Positions 49,267-61,280 of a stretch of DNA of 64,000 bases are shown piece by piece. Position 1 is the first letter of the stretch. Each line of letters starts with the position of its first letter. The stretch is from Planctomycetaceae bacterium UBA7805 (GTDB taxonomy: Bacteria; Planctomycetota; Planctomycetia; Pirellulales; UBA7805). The stretch lies in contig DLCF01000033.1 of the NCBI GenBank assembly GCA_002480485.1, positions 35,990 through 99,989 of the forward strand, read 5' to 3'. The notes under the pieces were generated by a model, which had not been told where the DNA came from, made no database searches, and was given only the letters and a program-made list of their open reading frames with translations. The translations under genes were made by a program, and so were the position numbers.

Positions 49267-50643
49267 ATGAAGAAAAACGTGCCACACCACGAGAAACTCC
49301 TGCCTCCACTTTATGAGGATCCCGGTTTTTGGGGCATGACAACGACTCAGTTTCTTGGTGCATTCAATGACAGCGTATTTAAACAAATTGTTTTGTTGCT
49401 GTGCGTTGCAGTAATAGTCAATCCAGCAGGTGAAATCCGAGATCAACAATTTCTTGCCCAAGGAACTTTCGCGATCGCGTTTATTTTTCTCTCTGGGATC
49501 TCTGGATATTGGTCGGATCGCGTCAGTAAACGTGGATTGATTGTCTTTTGTAAGTGCCTAGAGATTCTTGTCATGCTGGCCGCGGTTTTTGCATTTACAA
49601 TGATGAAGGATCTAAATGCCGGAGAAGCGCACGATGGAACTGAGCAATTCAGTATTGTCGGTACACCCTGGTGGTTGTTGTTTGTTCTATTTTTGATGGG
49701 TTCGCAAAGTGCGGTGTTTGGTCCCGCTAAATATGGCATCCTACCGGAAATGGTTCGCGGAACCGATTTGCCGAGAATGAATGGAATCATCCAAATGACA
49801 ACGTTTCTAGCCATCATTCTGGGAACTTGGGTTGGTGGTATTCTGTTGGATGCAATGCACCACATCCTTTGGGCAATCGGGGTAATTTGTGTAGGAATCG
49901 CGGTGGTAGGAACTTTTACATCGCTACTCATCAGAAGGACACCGGTCGCAGAACCAGACGCTCCCTTTTTTTGGTCCAACCTCACCATTTCTCCTGACGC
50001 GCGAAGTGTCTTCTCTCGGGACAAGCCGCTCAGAAATGCGCTTTGGATCTATTCAATCTTCTGGTTTGTCGCCGCAATTTTTCCCCTGATGGTGAACTGG
50101 TTGGGTCGGGAACAATTTCTGATGAGTAACGCTAAAACTAGTTTTCTACTAGCCACTGTATCGATTGGAATCGCAGCCGGATTCGTTACCGCGGGAAAAA
50201 TTTCCGGGGGGAATGTAAATTTTCGTCTCGTTAAGATCGGGGCACTCGGTTTAGCCGTCTGCCTGCTGCTGCTTGCCCTGCCCTCCTCGCTGGATCAAAA
50301 ATCATGGCATCACTTACTGGGTGTCCGCGGAAGCTGCGTGGCGCTGATTTTTTCCGGTTTTTTTGCTGGGCTGTTTGCGTTACCCGTGCAGGTCTATCTG
50401 CAAGCTAGGCCCCCGCAAAAGGTAAAAGGTCGTGTGATCGGAGCGATGAACCTGGTGAATTGGATCGCTATCGTGCTCGCTGCCCTATTTTTCTTCGCGA
50501 GTGATGAAATATTGCAATGGATGCAAATGCCGAAGTTTAGCATCTTTGGAATCACCGGAATGTTATTACTACCGATCGCAATTTTTTATCGGTCTGACAC
50601 CGTCCGTCTGGGAACCGAAATTGATACTGAAATGCAAAATTAA
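49267..50643 (+). CDS. MFS transporter (LplT-like lysophospholipid transporter family)
   Basis: 12 TM-like segments. The loop 2-3 motif SGYWSDRVSKRGLIV resembles LplT/MFS_1. Confidence 0.7.
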   Translation: MKKNVPHHEKLLPPLYEDPGFWGMTTTQFLGAFNDSVFKQIVLLLCVAVIVNPAGEIRDQQFLAQGTFAIAFIFLSGISGYWSDRVSKRGLIVFCKCLEILVMLAAVFAFTMMKDLNAGEAHDGTEQFSIVGTPWWLLFVLFLMGSQSAVFGPAKYGILPEMVRGTDLPRMNGIIQMTTFLAIILGTWVGGILLDAMHHILWAIGVICVGIAVVGTFTSLLIRRTPVAEPDAPFFWSNLTISPDARSVFSRDKPLRNALWIYSIFWFVAAIFPLMVNWLGREQFLMSNAKTSFLLATVSIGIAAGFVTAGKISGGNVNFRLVKIGALGLAVCLLLLALPSSLDQKSWHHLLGVRGSCVALIFSGFFAGLFALPVQVYLQARPPQKVKGRVIGAMNLVNWIAIVLAALFFFASDEILQWMQMPKFSIFGITGMLLLPIAIFYRSDTVRLGTEIDTEMQN

Positions 50644-50658
50644 GGTTAGCTGACACAA

Positions 50659-51222
50659 ATGCAAAAAAAATTCAAATCTCAAACAGATCAATTGCATGCA
50701 TCACTGCTGGATGCCGAACAGTGGCATCGGCAACTCGCTGAGACGGTCCAATGTTTGAAGCAAGCTTTTACCAAGCGAAAGAAAGTCCTCGTGGCGGGTA
50801 ACGGTGGATCCGCAACGATCGCACAGCACTTTGCCGACGAAATGGTGGGCAGGTATCGCATGAGTCGTCCACCCTACCCCGTGATTGCACTTACGGCAGA
50901 CAGTGCGGTGCTCACCTGCATTGGTAACGACTTCAGTTTCCAGGACATCTTTTCCAGACAGGTACAAGCGTTGGGCGAGGCGGGAGACGTGCTACTTGTT
51001 TTTTCTACGTCCGGTAAATCTGAAAACCTATTAAGGGCGGTGCGACAAGCCTCGCAACAAAACATGTTGATTGTGGCATTCACAGGAAACAAATTTCCAT
51101 TAGAAGAATCAGTATCTTGCGCTGTCACTGTTCCAAGTGAAGATCCGCCCCGGATTCAAGAACTCCACTTGCACGCCATTCACTTAATTTGCGAAACCTT
51201 TGAGCCCGATTCAGCCAAATAG
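50659..51222 (+). CDS. gmhA: SIS-domain D-sedoheptulose-7-phosphate isomerase
   Basis: VLVAGNGGSATIAQHFADEMVGRY...IALTADSAVLTCIGNDFSFQDIFSRQVQALGEAGDVLLVFSTSGKSENLL. Confidence 0.8.
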   Translation: MQKKFKSQTDQLHASLLDAEQWHRQLAETVQCLKQAFTKRKKVLVAGNGGSATIAQHFADEMVGRYRMSRPPYPVIALTADSAVLTCIGNDFSFQDIFSRQVQALGEAGDVLLVFSTSGKSENLLRAVRQASQQNMLIVAFTGNKFPLEESVSCAVTVPSEDPPRIQELHLHAIHLICETFEPDSAK

Positions 51223-51281
51223 ATTCGCGCATGGCGCAAGCGGTTTTGAGATTGTGCCGCCCCATAGTCGGATACCCAAGC

Positions 51282-51650
51282 TCAACGATAGCGTGATTGC
51301 ATCTGGGCCCTTACCTCGGGAAGCGGATATTCGATGATCGGTATGTCCGAGTCGACTAACTTGCAAAGACGCTGCCACCCTCGGGTGATTAATTTTTCCT
51401 GCTCGGCGACATAGCAGCGATCCATGTTCCGCTTGTTGAAATCTCCAGTAGCAGTGATCGGTGAGAACTCGTCATCAACAATGAATTGCGCCACCGCCGG
51501 ATTGCAGCCGATATGGCGTTCAGCAGCCGTATGCAGTGTCTCGGGGTCCACATGTCCGATGACGTAACGCAGGTAGAGATCACTTTCAGTGATTCCGGCA
51601 ACGTTCTCACCGCAAACATCGCATCTATAGCCCTCATCACATTTTGCCAT
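51282..51650 (-). CDS. Hypothetical protein with an N-terminal CxxC-type pair
   Basis: 122 aa opening MAKCDEGYRCDVCGENV... It fills the gap between gmhA and dapB cleanly. No family was recognised. Confidence 0.5.
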   Translation of the reverse strand: MAKCDEGYRCDVCGENVAGITESDLYLRYVIGHVDPETLHTAAERHIGCNPAVAQFIVDDEFSPITATGDFNKRNMDRCYVAEQEKLITRGWQRLCKLVDSDIPIIEYPLPEVRAQMQSRYR

Positions 51651-51710
51651 TGAACATTCCGCCTACCTTTTACTCGCCTTCTAGGTTCCTGGCGAAGATT
51701 TTCCCAGTAA

Positions 51711-52505
51711 TTAAAAGCCGAGGACATCCCCCATTCCATACCATCCGGCTGGTTGCTCAACCAAAAAACGGGCCGCGGCGAGTGCCCCGCTTGCGTATGC
51801 ATCGCGGTTTGTTGCAGCAACATTTAACTCCAGAGTCTCTCCCAGCAGTCCGAAAAGAATGCTGTGTTCTCCCGGATTGTTACCGATTCGCACGGCATGA
51901 TAACCAATTTCATCTGCGGCACGAGGACCTGTTTGGCCTTCGCGACCGTGACGGTGATGGTTGATACCCATAGCTGCCGCAATCAATTCGCCGAATTTTA
52001 ATGCCGTACCGCTAGGTGCATCTTCCTTGAATCGGTGATGACGCTCAATAATCTCAACATCGACCCCGGATTCACAGTCCTTCAAGGATTCACCGGCCAT
52101 CTCCGCAAGTTTCATAGTTAAATTAACCAACAGACTCATGCTCGGTGCCCAAAGTACGGCAATCTTATCTGCGACATCCTGAACGGTTTTTAATTGCGTC
52201 TCCTCGAGTCCAGTTGTCGCGGTAACGAGTGGAATGCCTTGCGACGCGCATATCTCGGAGAGCGATACCGTAGCCTCAGGCACCGAAAAATCGACGACCA
52301 CATCCGCTGCAGGCAACGTTGATTCGAGGGGCAACTCTAACGGACCGACGCCGGCGATTTCGCCGGCATCTTCCCCCAGGCGCGGATGATTTGCGGATTC
52401 TAGGGCCCCGACAATTTCCCATTGTGGATCGATTGCCGCCAGCGCGATCAACCGCTGTCCCATGCGGCCTGCTGCACCATGAATGACGATTCGTTTTTTT
52501 CCCAT
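51711..52505 (-). CDS. dapB: 4-hydroxy-tetrahydrodipicolinate reductase
   Basis: IVIHGAAGRMGQ (NAD(P) loop), DFSVPE, VEIIERHHRFKEDAPSGTA. Confidence 0.9.
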   Translation of the reverse strand: MGKKRIVIHGAAGRMGQRLIALAAIDPQWEIVGALESANHPRLGEDAGEIAGVGPLELPLESTLPAADVVVDFSVPEATVSLSEICASQGIPLVTATTGLEETQLKTVQDVADKIAVLWAPSMSLLVNLTMKLAEMAGESLKDCESGVDVEIIERHHRFKEDAPSGTALKFGELIAAAMGINHHRHGREGQTGPRAADEIGYHAVRIGNNPGEHSILFGLLGETLELNVAATNRDAYASGALAAARFLVEQPAGWYGMGDVLGF

Positions 52506-52561
52506 CCGTTTCCTTTCAGATGTCGATTAAATATTGCCTGCGATCTGCAGCCCGTTGTCGC

Positions 52562-53989
52562 TCAAGCGTGCTTCTCAATCGCTCCAACAATCTGATCCAA
52601 GTCGTTGGGCACGACGACTGCCCGATTTGCAAAATTGGTATGCTCCACGCCCCGAGATGCGAGCACACGCTCAAACATTTCCTTATTGTCGGTGTGGTAA
52701 GCGACCGTGGCATCGGGATCTTTCAATAAATGCCCGGTGAGCACACAGACAACTCGATCCCCAGCACCGATCACTCCCTCCCCCCGTAACTTTTTTGCAC
52801 CCGCAACGCTGGCAGCGCTGGCCGGTTCACAACCAAGGCCGCCCGCTCCAACCTGTGCTTTCGCATCAAGAATTTCCTGATCACTGACCTCCCTTACCAC
52901 CCCGTCACATGTCTCGAGCGCTCGTAAACATTTATAAAAGTTCACCGGCTGATTGATTTCAATCGCGCTGGCGATGGTTGTTGCCCGCTGCCCTGTTGCT
53001 TCCAACTGATTGTAGTAGCCATCAACTTCACCCGGTTGCGGAGCTCCTCGATTCCAACGGAGCCCCTGTTGCTCATATAGCTGGTACAGCGTATTTGCAC
53101 CCTGCGCGTTGATCACCGCCAGTCGGGGAATCCGCTGAATCAACCCGAGCGCGAACAACTCGGCGAAGGCTTTTCCAAATGCGCTTGAATTTCCAAGGTT
53201 TCCCCCGGGAACAACAATCCAATCGGGCACTTCCCAGTTGAGCGATTGAAGCACTCGGAACATGACTGTTTTTTGCCCCTCAAGGCGAAAGGGGTTAACA
53301 CTATTGACCAAATATATTCCCAACTTCCCGGCCACTTCCCGAACACGCCGCATTGCATCATCAAAGTCACCCTTGATCTGCACTGTCAACGCACCGTAAT
53401 CAAGAGCTTGTGATAACTTGCCGAAAGAAATTTTTCCTGAACCGATGAATATGATCGCTTTCATTTGCCTAGTGACCGAACAAAATGCTGCCAACGAAGC
53501 ACTGGTATTTCCGGTCGATGCGCAGGCAGCCCGTTTGGCTCCCATGCGGGCAGCATGCGTAAAAGCGGCTGCCATTCCATTGTCCTTAAAACTACCGGAA
53601 GGGTTCATCCCTTCATATTGCAAGTACAGCTCCCCGGCTTCGAGGCCTACATATCCTGCCACACTCGAAGCCTGTTGCAACAATGTGTGGCCTTCACCGA
53701 TCGTGACTACGTGATCCAGAGGCGCAAAGGGAAGCAGTGAATGAAATCTCCAAACACCGCTCCGGATTCGCGGATCTTGCAACGACCCATTGTGGCCGTC
53801 GAACACACTCAGACTTCGCGGAACTTCAAGTCGATCCCAGTCGTAAGCAACATCAAGAAGTTGACCACAGTCTTCACACTGCAGTTGAATTTGGGCAAGG
53901 TCATATTGCCTGCCGCAATCTGGGGAAATGCAGCGTTGAAAAGCGATGTCTCTCACGATCTCTCCGCAAGCCAACAGCGGACTCCTCAA
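52562..53989 (-). CDS. thrC: Threonine synthase (long form with N-terminal zinc ribbon)
   Basis: [12 protein letters not shown]...[13 protein letters not shown] lysine motif [11 protein letters not shown], and GNTSASLAA. The start is uncertain (TTG 53989 or a downstream GTG). Confidence 0.85.
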   Translation of the reverse strand: MRSPLLACGEIVRDIAFQRCISPDCGRQYDLAQIQLQCEDCGQLLDVAYDWDRLEVPRSLSVFDGHNGSLQDPRIRSGVWRFHSLLPFAPLDHVVTIGEGHTLLQQASSVAGYVGLEAGELYLQYEGMNPSGSFKDNGMAAAFTHAARMGAKRAACASTGNTSASLAAFCSVTRQMKAIIFIGSGKISFGKLSQALDYGALTVQIKGDFDDAMRRVREVAGKLGIYLVNSVNPFRLEGQKTVMFRVLQSLNWEVPDWIVVPGGNLGNSSAFGKAFAELFALGLIQRIPRLAVINAQGANTLYQLYEQQGLRWNRGAPQPGEVDGYYNQLEATGQRATTIASAIEINQPVNFYKCLRALETCDGVVREVSDQEILDAKAQVGAGGLGCEPASAASVAGAKKLRGEGVIGAGDRVVCVLTGHLLKDPDATVAYHTDNKEMFERVLASRGVEHTNFANRAVVVPNDLDQIVGAIEKHA

Positions 53990-54225
53990 GCGAAATCAAA
54001 AACGCTCTTGATCAGAAAATCAGAGGGCAGATACCGTTAATTTATCAATTTTTTAGTCTATTGCAGGCACCTGCCCCTAGCAAGATCATAGCAACCAGGT
54101 CCTTTGACAGTTTTATTAGCGGTCCCTACAATGTTGCCTCTTTCCATACGGTCCAAAGCACTACGAATTGGACTCAAATGATTTCTGTAAGCGTCCAGCG
54201 GAGGAGCCATCAGCGGGGAAACAAG

Positions 54226-54594
54226 ATGAAAAAAGCAGAGATGAAGCCTTACAAAGAAATGCTTTTGAGCCTGCGGTCACGTTTACGCGGTGATGTGACG
54301 ACCATGGCGGATGTCGCTCTCAATAAAACTCGAAGTGAATCAAACGGGGATCTTTCGAGCATGCCGATCCACATGGCAGACATCGGAAGCGACAATTATG
54401 AACAGGAATTCACGCTCAGTATGATGGAGAGCGAGGAATCGACCTTGGAAGCGGTAGAAGCAGCACTCGAACGCATTGAAGACCGTAGCTATGGCGCATG
54501 CGAAGACTGTGGTAAAGCCATCCGCAAAACACGTCTCAAAGCAATACCTTACACTCCGCTTTGCATCCAATGTGCATCGAAGCGTGAGCAGTAA
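54226..54594 (+). CDS. DksA/TraR-family C4 zinc-finger protein
   Basis: ATG 54226 (MKKAEMKPYKEMLLSLR...). C-terminal YGACEDCGKAIRKTRLKAIPYTPLCIQCASKRE. The upstream part of the track ORF is antisense to thrC. Confidence 0.8.
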   Translation: MKKAEMKPYKEMLLSLRSRLRGDVTTMADVALNKTRSESNGDLSSMPIHMADIGSDNYEQEFTLSMMESEESTLEAVEAALERIEDRSYGACEDCGKAIRKTRLKAIPYTPLCIQCASKREQ

Positions 54595-54707
54595 GCGCGT
54601 GATTGAACTAGGAAACCTTAATCCCCAAAAATCCATTTTTATGGGTAATCTGGGTGTAAGGAGGCATCCCGCTGGTTCCCGCTAATCGCTACCTGGCGTT
54701 TCTATTC

Positions 54708-55274
54708 GTGGCCCTGATGGGTGTGGTTGTTGACCTGGGCACCAAGAGTTGGATTTTTTCCAGGCTTTGGCCACCCGCGCCGAACAAACCGGATGTCCTC
54801 TGGCTCTGGGAAGGCCACGTCGGATGGCAAGTCAGCTTAAATCAGGGTGCGGTGTTCGGCATCGGCCAAGGTTTGGTATTATGGTTTGCACTCTTCTCGG
54901 TGTTGGCAGTGGGTGGCATTATTTACTGGCTATTTATTGCAGGCGAGGCAAAAGACTGGTATCTCACGCTCGCACTCGGTGGCATCACGGGCGGTATCCT
55001 GGGAAATCTATATGATCGCCTAGGGCTCCATGGACTCCGATGGCCAGAGGGCCTGGTAGGAGGCGAGCCGGCGGGGAGCATTATTTATGCCGTGCGAGAT
55101 TGGATTCTACTGCAGTGGAATGAAGCGTTGCGGTGGCCGAATTTTAACATTGCCGACAGTCTGCTTGTCTTGGGTGCCATCGTATTGTTGTGGCACGCCT
55201 ACACGACAAAGAGCAACGGTACCCCCGTAACAATCGAAGCGGCGGATAGCCCCGAAACGACCGTGAACGAATAA
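54708..55274 (+). CDS. lspA: Signal peptidase II (lipoprotein signal peptidase)
   Basis: DLGTKSW, NQGAVFG, GGILGNLYDRL, FNIADS. GTG start; an in-frame stop sits at 54657. Confidence 0.8.
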   Translation: MALMGVVVDLGTKSWIFSRLWPPAPNKPDVLWLWEGHVGWQVSLNQGAVFGIGQGLVLWFALFSVLAVGGIIYWLFIAGEAKDWYLTLALGGITGGILGNLYDRLGLHGLRWPEGLVGGEPAGSIIYAVRDWILLQWNEALRWPNFNIADSLLVLGAIVLLWHAYTTKSNGTPVTIEAADSPETTVNE

Positions 55275-55340
55275 TGCCAACCGTTGTGTGATTTAAGATA
55301 TGGGCGACCGTTTTGACCGTGAAGTTTGTTGAATCGAACT

Positions 55341-56321
55341 TCATGGACCACGGGGTGCCATCGCTTCGGGTGGCAGTTGGTTCAAAAGTTGGACACTTAG
55401 CGGGTGGTCGGGATCCACTTGTAGTGCCATCTCCGTTGCAATCTTGGCTCCCCGGACCTCACCTGCCCGCAACTCTGCTTGCGCCAAGCGGTAATATCCG
55501 TCGGCCGAGGGCGGGGCCTGCTGACAGGCCATGCGGTAATGCGCCGCCGCCTCCTGGTAACGCCCCAAGGCGGTAAGCGCATGTGCTTTGCGGGCTAGCA
55601 CAATCGGAGGAACCTCACCCGAAACATACGTTTCCGAGAGATTTTGTAAATGCAAAAGCGCGCGGCCCGGCCTGCCCAATGACATGTAGATTTCTGAAAC
55701 GGCAACGAGTAACTTTGGATCTTCCGGTCGATATCCCAACGCGCGTTGAAAATCAGACAACGCTTTTCGAGGATTTTCTTCTGCACGATAAATTGATGCA
55801 CTCAGTGCCCATCCGTCGGCAGACGTGGGATCAATGTTGATCGCCTCGTAAGCCCAACGCCGCGCGCGCTCATAATCACCCATCTGGTAGCAGATTTCAC
55901 CCGCGCGAATCACCAGGGACGTATCGTTGGGCGTTAGGCGGACTGCTTCCTCGAGCTGAGCGAGAGCCTCGGATGATGCGCCGCGATTTAAGAGCGTTTC
56001 AGCATAGTAGCGACGTGCGTCCGGATCGATGGGACATGCAGTGACGGCACGATCCAATAATCCCTCCGCTTCTTTCCAGCGTTCCGCCTCCATACTCGTG
56101 ATGGCTTGTTGAGAAAGTTCCCGGCACATAGCCACCGAATCAGGGACCGCCCCCTCACGCCAAGGCCATCCATTGCAGCCGGTAATCATGAAAGAAATCG
56201 CCGCTGCAATAAAAATTTCCGGTACTGGCCGCACACACTTGGTTGCAGGATGCAGAATGAGGTTATCCGGCCATCGCCAATCACAATTGCCTCGGCGTTG
56301 TGCTACCGTTTTGACTTCCAT
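55341..56321 (-). CDS. TPR-repeat protein, probable lipoprotein
   Basis: Lipobox-like FMITGC, followed by about 7 TPR-like 34-residue repeats (AxxYYxxALxxxP pattern). Confidence 0.7.
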   Translation of the reverse strand: MEVKTVAQRRGNCDWRWPDNLILHPATKCVRPVPEIFIAAAISFMITGCNGWPWREGAVPDSVAMCRELSQQAITSMEAERWKEAEGLLDRAVTACPIDPDARRYYAETLLNRGASSEALAQLEEAVRLTPNDTSLVIRAGEICYQMGDYERARRWAYEAINIDPTSADGWALSASIYRAEENPRKALSDFQRALGYRPEDPKLLVAVSEIYMSLGRPGRALLHLQNLSETYVSGEVPPIVLARKAHALTALGRYQEAAAHYRMACQQAPPSADGYYRLAQAELRAGEVRGAKIATEMALQVDPDHPLSVQLLNQLPPEAMAPRGP

Positions 56322-56449
56322 AATTCAATTTCCCAGACTCCCTCGGGCAGGGGATGGTATCAACGACAGCGGGAATCGACAACCGCAATGTATGGCAAAG
56401 AAATAGATGTTTCGTGATCGCAAAGACCGACGCGCTATCCACCTCATGA

Positions 56450-57547
56450 TCAGGACAATCGCGACATTTCCGGCGTTGTGGAGAGCGGAACAGTCTTCGG
56501 CACTGCGATACGTACAATCAATCGTTCCAGTACAATTCTTGCCCTATCCGCGCGACTGCTCTCCCCTTTCATGGCAAGATCCGCCTCAAGCAACCAACGG
56601 TGGAGGGCTACCGCACGCTCACGTCCCAGTCGCTTCAATCGGCGTTCGCTTTCGGCAAGAAAGTAACGGGCAACCCCAGCCCGCTCCAACGCCGCGCTGA
56701 GCGAAATCTTCTTCTGGTCTTGTTCCCCGAAGCGGTAAATGCTCGCCGCGAGGGCAAATTTTCGGAGTGGAAACGCAACCTGTCCCAGAATAGCAATCGG
56801 ATGCTCGCCCGCGTAAATGAGCCGCTCAAGTTGTTTCAGTGCGTCAGCACAGTTACCGTCGCATGCCGCATCCAGCATATCCCAGACTTTTTTTGCCCGC
56901 CAACCACCGATACGGTTCTGTATTTCTTCCGGAGTCAATGGTTTGTCTGGGTCGACCGTCAAGCTCATTTTTTGTATTTCTTGGTCAAGCAGACCCGGCT
57001 CACAACCGAGAATGTCAACCATCGCCCTGGCGGCCTCCGAGGTTAGCTTGAAATCACCCGATTCAATTGCTCGATGCTGAAGCCATTTCACAAGCTCTGC
57101 CGGCTTAGGTGAGCTGCAATCGATTTGCAACCCTGTCTTCTCTAACTCTTTATAGAGACGAGTCGACTTAGGCCAGGTATTGACCATTACCACTAAAATG
57201 GCGGTCGTCGCAATCTGTTTCGTGTAATCTTCAATAGCATTGCGATTTTTTTTGACAAAATCGTCAGCGTCATCAAGGATGACCAATCGCTTCCCGTCTC
57301 CGAATAGAGAACGTGTAGCCAGAATATCCAACACGTCACGCCAAGTCTCTTTTTCAGCGTCGATGTGCGAGATGCTGAATTCCGAATCATTATCCGGCAA
57401 GGCCGTCTTTTTTAACTGCGTGAGAACAGCCTTTTTCAGGTAAGAATCACCACCGAATAAAACGGTCACTGCTCGCGGTGCAGCCGTTTTCTTTCCAATC
57501 AGATAATTGATGGCTGACGTGCTGCCTGCCATGGGGGCTACCTCCAT
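56450..57547 (-). CDS. holA: DNA polymerase III delta subunit
   Basis: VTVLFGGDSYL...SLFGDGKRLVILDDADDF...LDQEIQKMSL...VWDMLDAACDGNCADALKQLERLIYAGEHPIAILG is colinear with HolA domain architecture. Confidence 0.75.
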   Translation of the reverse strand: MEVAPMAGSTSAINYLIGKKTAAPRAVTVLFGGDSYLKKAVLTQLKKTALPDNDSEFSISHIDAEKETWRDVLDILATRSLFGDGKRLVILDDADDFVKKNRNAIEDYTKQIATTAILVVMVNTWPKSTRLYKELEKTGLQIDCSSPKPAELVKWLQHRAIESGDFKLTSEAARAMVDILGCEPGLLDQEIQKMSLTVDPDKPLTPEEIQNRIGGWRAKKVWDMLDAACDGNCADALKQLERLIYAGEHPIAILGQVAFPLRKFALAASIYRFGEQDQKKISLSAALERAGVARYFLAESERRLKRLGRERAVALHRWLLEADLAMKGESSRADRARIVLERLIVRIAVPKTVPLSTTPEMSRLS

Positions 57548-57907
57548 AAAATGCTAGCGTACCTCAATGTAGCAAATCGGGTAATTCCTGACAGCCGACC
57601 GATGGTGTCAAGCTGGGCCTTCGCTCGAGTGTCCGCGTGCGATTGATAAAAAGTATCACGAATCGTGGAGTGCCGTTTGTGGCATACGATGTGGGCTCGA
57701 CAGTGACGCAAACTGCGAAGCTACTAAATCTATTGCTTTTTTTTAATTTTAAAGTTTTGGTCATCGCGTGGTGCGACGGATAGAAATCGGAATTGTCACA
57801 CGTTATTAATGTGGGATCCTAGACTTTATTGGCCACGAGCTACATAATGCTGTGAGCCGAGACGGTTCGCGGATTCCGCTTTTTCCGTTATTTTCAGATG
57901 GCTCATC

Positions 57908-58171
57908 ATGGTCGAAAATTTAGAGGGTCCGTGGTATCTGGCGATTATTCTGTTTGCCGCGGTCGTGGCGTTGATCGCGATTGGGGCATACGCTGTGTCA
58001 AAGTGGCGCGATGCTACCGACGATGACACAAATTCCGCCTCAGAACTACTAACCAATTTCAGAGAAATGCATTCCAGGGGTGACCTAACGGACGAAGAAT
58101 TCCGAACTATTAAAGCACGGCTTTCGTATGAAATGAAAGAGGAGATAAAAAATTCTGACCATGCGGGTTAG
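57908..58171 (+). CDS. Small membrane protein with a SHOCT-like C-terminal motif
   Basis: One TM (WYLAIILFAAVVALIAIGAYAV), then FREMHSRGDLTDEEFRTIKARL. Confidence 0.5.
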   Translation: MVENLEGPWYLAIILFAAVVALIAIGAYAVSKWRDATDDDTNSASELLTNFREMHSRGDLTDEEFRTIKARLSYEMKEEIKNSDHAG

Positions 58172-58393
58172 GTCGAGCGAATCGGTCGTGCCGACTAAAC
58201 CAGCTGCTGGAAGATTTGGTGACGGTCGGAAAAAAGCGTGGAACATCACCTTTCTCGAGACTTTGCAGGGACACGGATGCCCTACTCGGTGAGCATTCAC
58301 TGAGACCACTCGAGCAACACCCGATGAAGGATTCCTTGACCTTGGACACAGGCCAGAGGTGCTGCAATGCACCAGTCGTTGAAAGGAGAGACG

Positions 58394-59683
58394 ATGCCCA
58401 CCGGACGTGACAACAATGGCGGAACCCGCCGCAGTGGAAGCACCACAAAGAAAAATGCATTTTGCTCATTCTGTCGCAAAAGTTATCGCGATGTGGGCCC
58501 TTTGGTAGAGGGGCCGGGCGACGTATACATCTGCGGAGATTGCATCGAGCTTTGTCAGTCTATCCTTGACCAGGAGCGGCGTCGGCGCGGAACTTCTAAG
58601 CAACTTTTCTCGAATGTTCCAACACCGCGAGAAATCGTGGCACACCTCGATGAATACGTTATCGGTCAAGAACACAGCAAGCGTGTATTGGCAGTCGCGG
58701 TACACAGCCACTACAAACGATTGATGGCGGGCGACACAGATTCGGACATTGAAATTGAGAAGTCGAACATCCTACTGGTCGGTCCCACTGGTTCGGGCAA
58801 GACGTTGCTCGCTCGGTCGCTGGCACGTGCACTCAACGTGCCATTTGCGATTGGCGATGCGACAACCCTGACCGAGGCGGGCTACGTTGGCGAGGATGTG
58901 GAAAATTTGCTGCTTAAGCTTCTTCACGCGGCCGACTTCGACATAGAGGCTGCACAGCGTGGAGTACTATACATAGACGAGATCGATAAAATCGGTAAAA
59001 CGAGCCAGAATGTTTCCATCACGCGTGATGTTTCGGGCGAAGGAGTCCAACAGTCACTCTTGAAAATGCTTGAGGGCACCACAGCTAATGTACCGCCGCA
59101 AGGTGGACGAAAGCATCCTGAGCAACAATATATTCAAATGGATACCACGAACATTTTGTTCATTTGTGGCGGAACATTTGTGGGCATCGAAAAAATTATT
59201 GGTAAGCGTCTCGGCAAACGGACAATCGGTTTCGGGCAGGAATCAGGATTTGAAAATGATTCAGATCTGGCCAGCACCCTTCCGCACGTCACGAGTGACG
59301 ATATTCTCGAATTTGGACTTATTCCTGAGCTTGTCGGTCGTTTGCCGGTACACTCCTCCCTGACACCACTTGGCCGGGATGCCCTGGTTCGCGTGTTAAC
59401 CGAACCAAAAAATGCGTTAATCAAACAATATCAAAAGCTGTTCGCAATGGAGGATGCGGAGCTGGAGTTCACCGATGGAGCCCTTGCCGCGATTGCTGAC
59501 AAGGCACAACAGCGTGAAACCGGTGCCCGCGGCCTACGTTCGATCATTGAGCATATCATGCTGGACATAATGTTCGAGTTACCGGACCAACCGGAAGGCG
59601 AGAAACACATTGTCACCGAAGCGATGGTGCAAGGTCATGAGAAGATGTTTCCGGTCGAAGGCCCGAAGCAGCGCACGGCCTAA
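58394..59683 (+). CDS. clpX: ATP-dependent Clp protease ATP-binding subunit ClpX
   Basis: Zinc finger [31 protein letters not shown], Walker [25 protein letters not shown]-type pore region. SD AAAGGAG lies upstream of ATG 58394. Confidence 0.9.
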   Translation: MPTGRDNNGGTRRSGSTTKKNAFCSFCRKSYRDVGPLVEGPGDVYICGDCIELCQSILDQERRRRGTSKQLFSNVPTPREIVAHLDEYVIGQEHSKRVLAVAVHSHYKRLMAGDTDSDIEIEKSNILLVGPTGSGKTLLARSLARALNVPFAIGDATTLTEAGYVGEDVENLLLKLLHAADFDIEAAQRGVLYIDEIDKIGKTSQNVSITRDVSGEGVQQSLLKMLEGTTANVPPQGGRKHPEQQYIQMDTTNILFICGGTFVGIEKIIGKRLGKRTIGFGQESGFENDSDLASTLPHVTSDDILEFGLIPELVGRLPVHSSLTPLGRDALVRVLTEPKNALIKQYQKLFAMEDAELEFTDGALAAIADKAQQRETGARGLRSIIEHIMLDIMFELPDQPEGEKHIVTEAMVQGHEKMFPVEGPKQRTA

Positions 59684-59938
59684 AAAGTCGCGATTACTCG
59701 AGCCAGCTCGCTAATTGCGGCATTATTCGATACCGGCATACCTTTGCGGCGGTGTTCAACTTTCGTCCTGCCCTTCGGATTCTGCTTTTGCAGATCGAAT
59801 GGTTGACTCAGCGCTTCCTCGGGAAGCGTTGCTTCCGGGCCGCGCGCCATACTCTCGGTGCGGGTCTGATTAGCGTTTCGGATTCTTCCATGTTCGTCCA
59901 TGCGAATTATTTCGTCTATTCGCGTGTCCACCACTTGA

Positions 59939-60976
<1,038 letters not shown>

Positions 60977-61280
60977 TGGTTACCGGCGTGACTGCCCTCA
61001 CTCCTTGAATTGATAGCGATGCCAGTATCTCTCGCCTCTTCGAATCTAAACCGAAAGTCACCTTGCTTTAAGTTGGTGTTGCGATGTAAAAATCTCGGTC
61101 TCGCCAACCACGCCCTCAACCTCCTGGTAGCAATATCCGTTGCAGTCCCTGTACGCGGATTCCAAATTGGTCGCAGCGTGCAAGCGATTATTTTATGAAT
61201 GCGTATCCGGAATTTTGTTGCCCTTTTTGACTAATGCCATATTGCAACAGATTGATGGACGACCCAGGAGACCCAAACCG

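Noticed and set aside
53737-54225. The long N-terminal extension of the DksA/TraR ORF (285 aa in the track).
   Set aside because: The extension is antisense to thrC and has no family features. The DksA-like domain starts cleanly at ATG 54226.
57864-57877. A GGTTCGCGGATTCC string resembling a tRNA T-arm.
   Set aside because: The loop length is wrong for a T-loop. I could not build an acceptor, D or anticodon stem from the flanking sequence, so I make no tRNA call.
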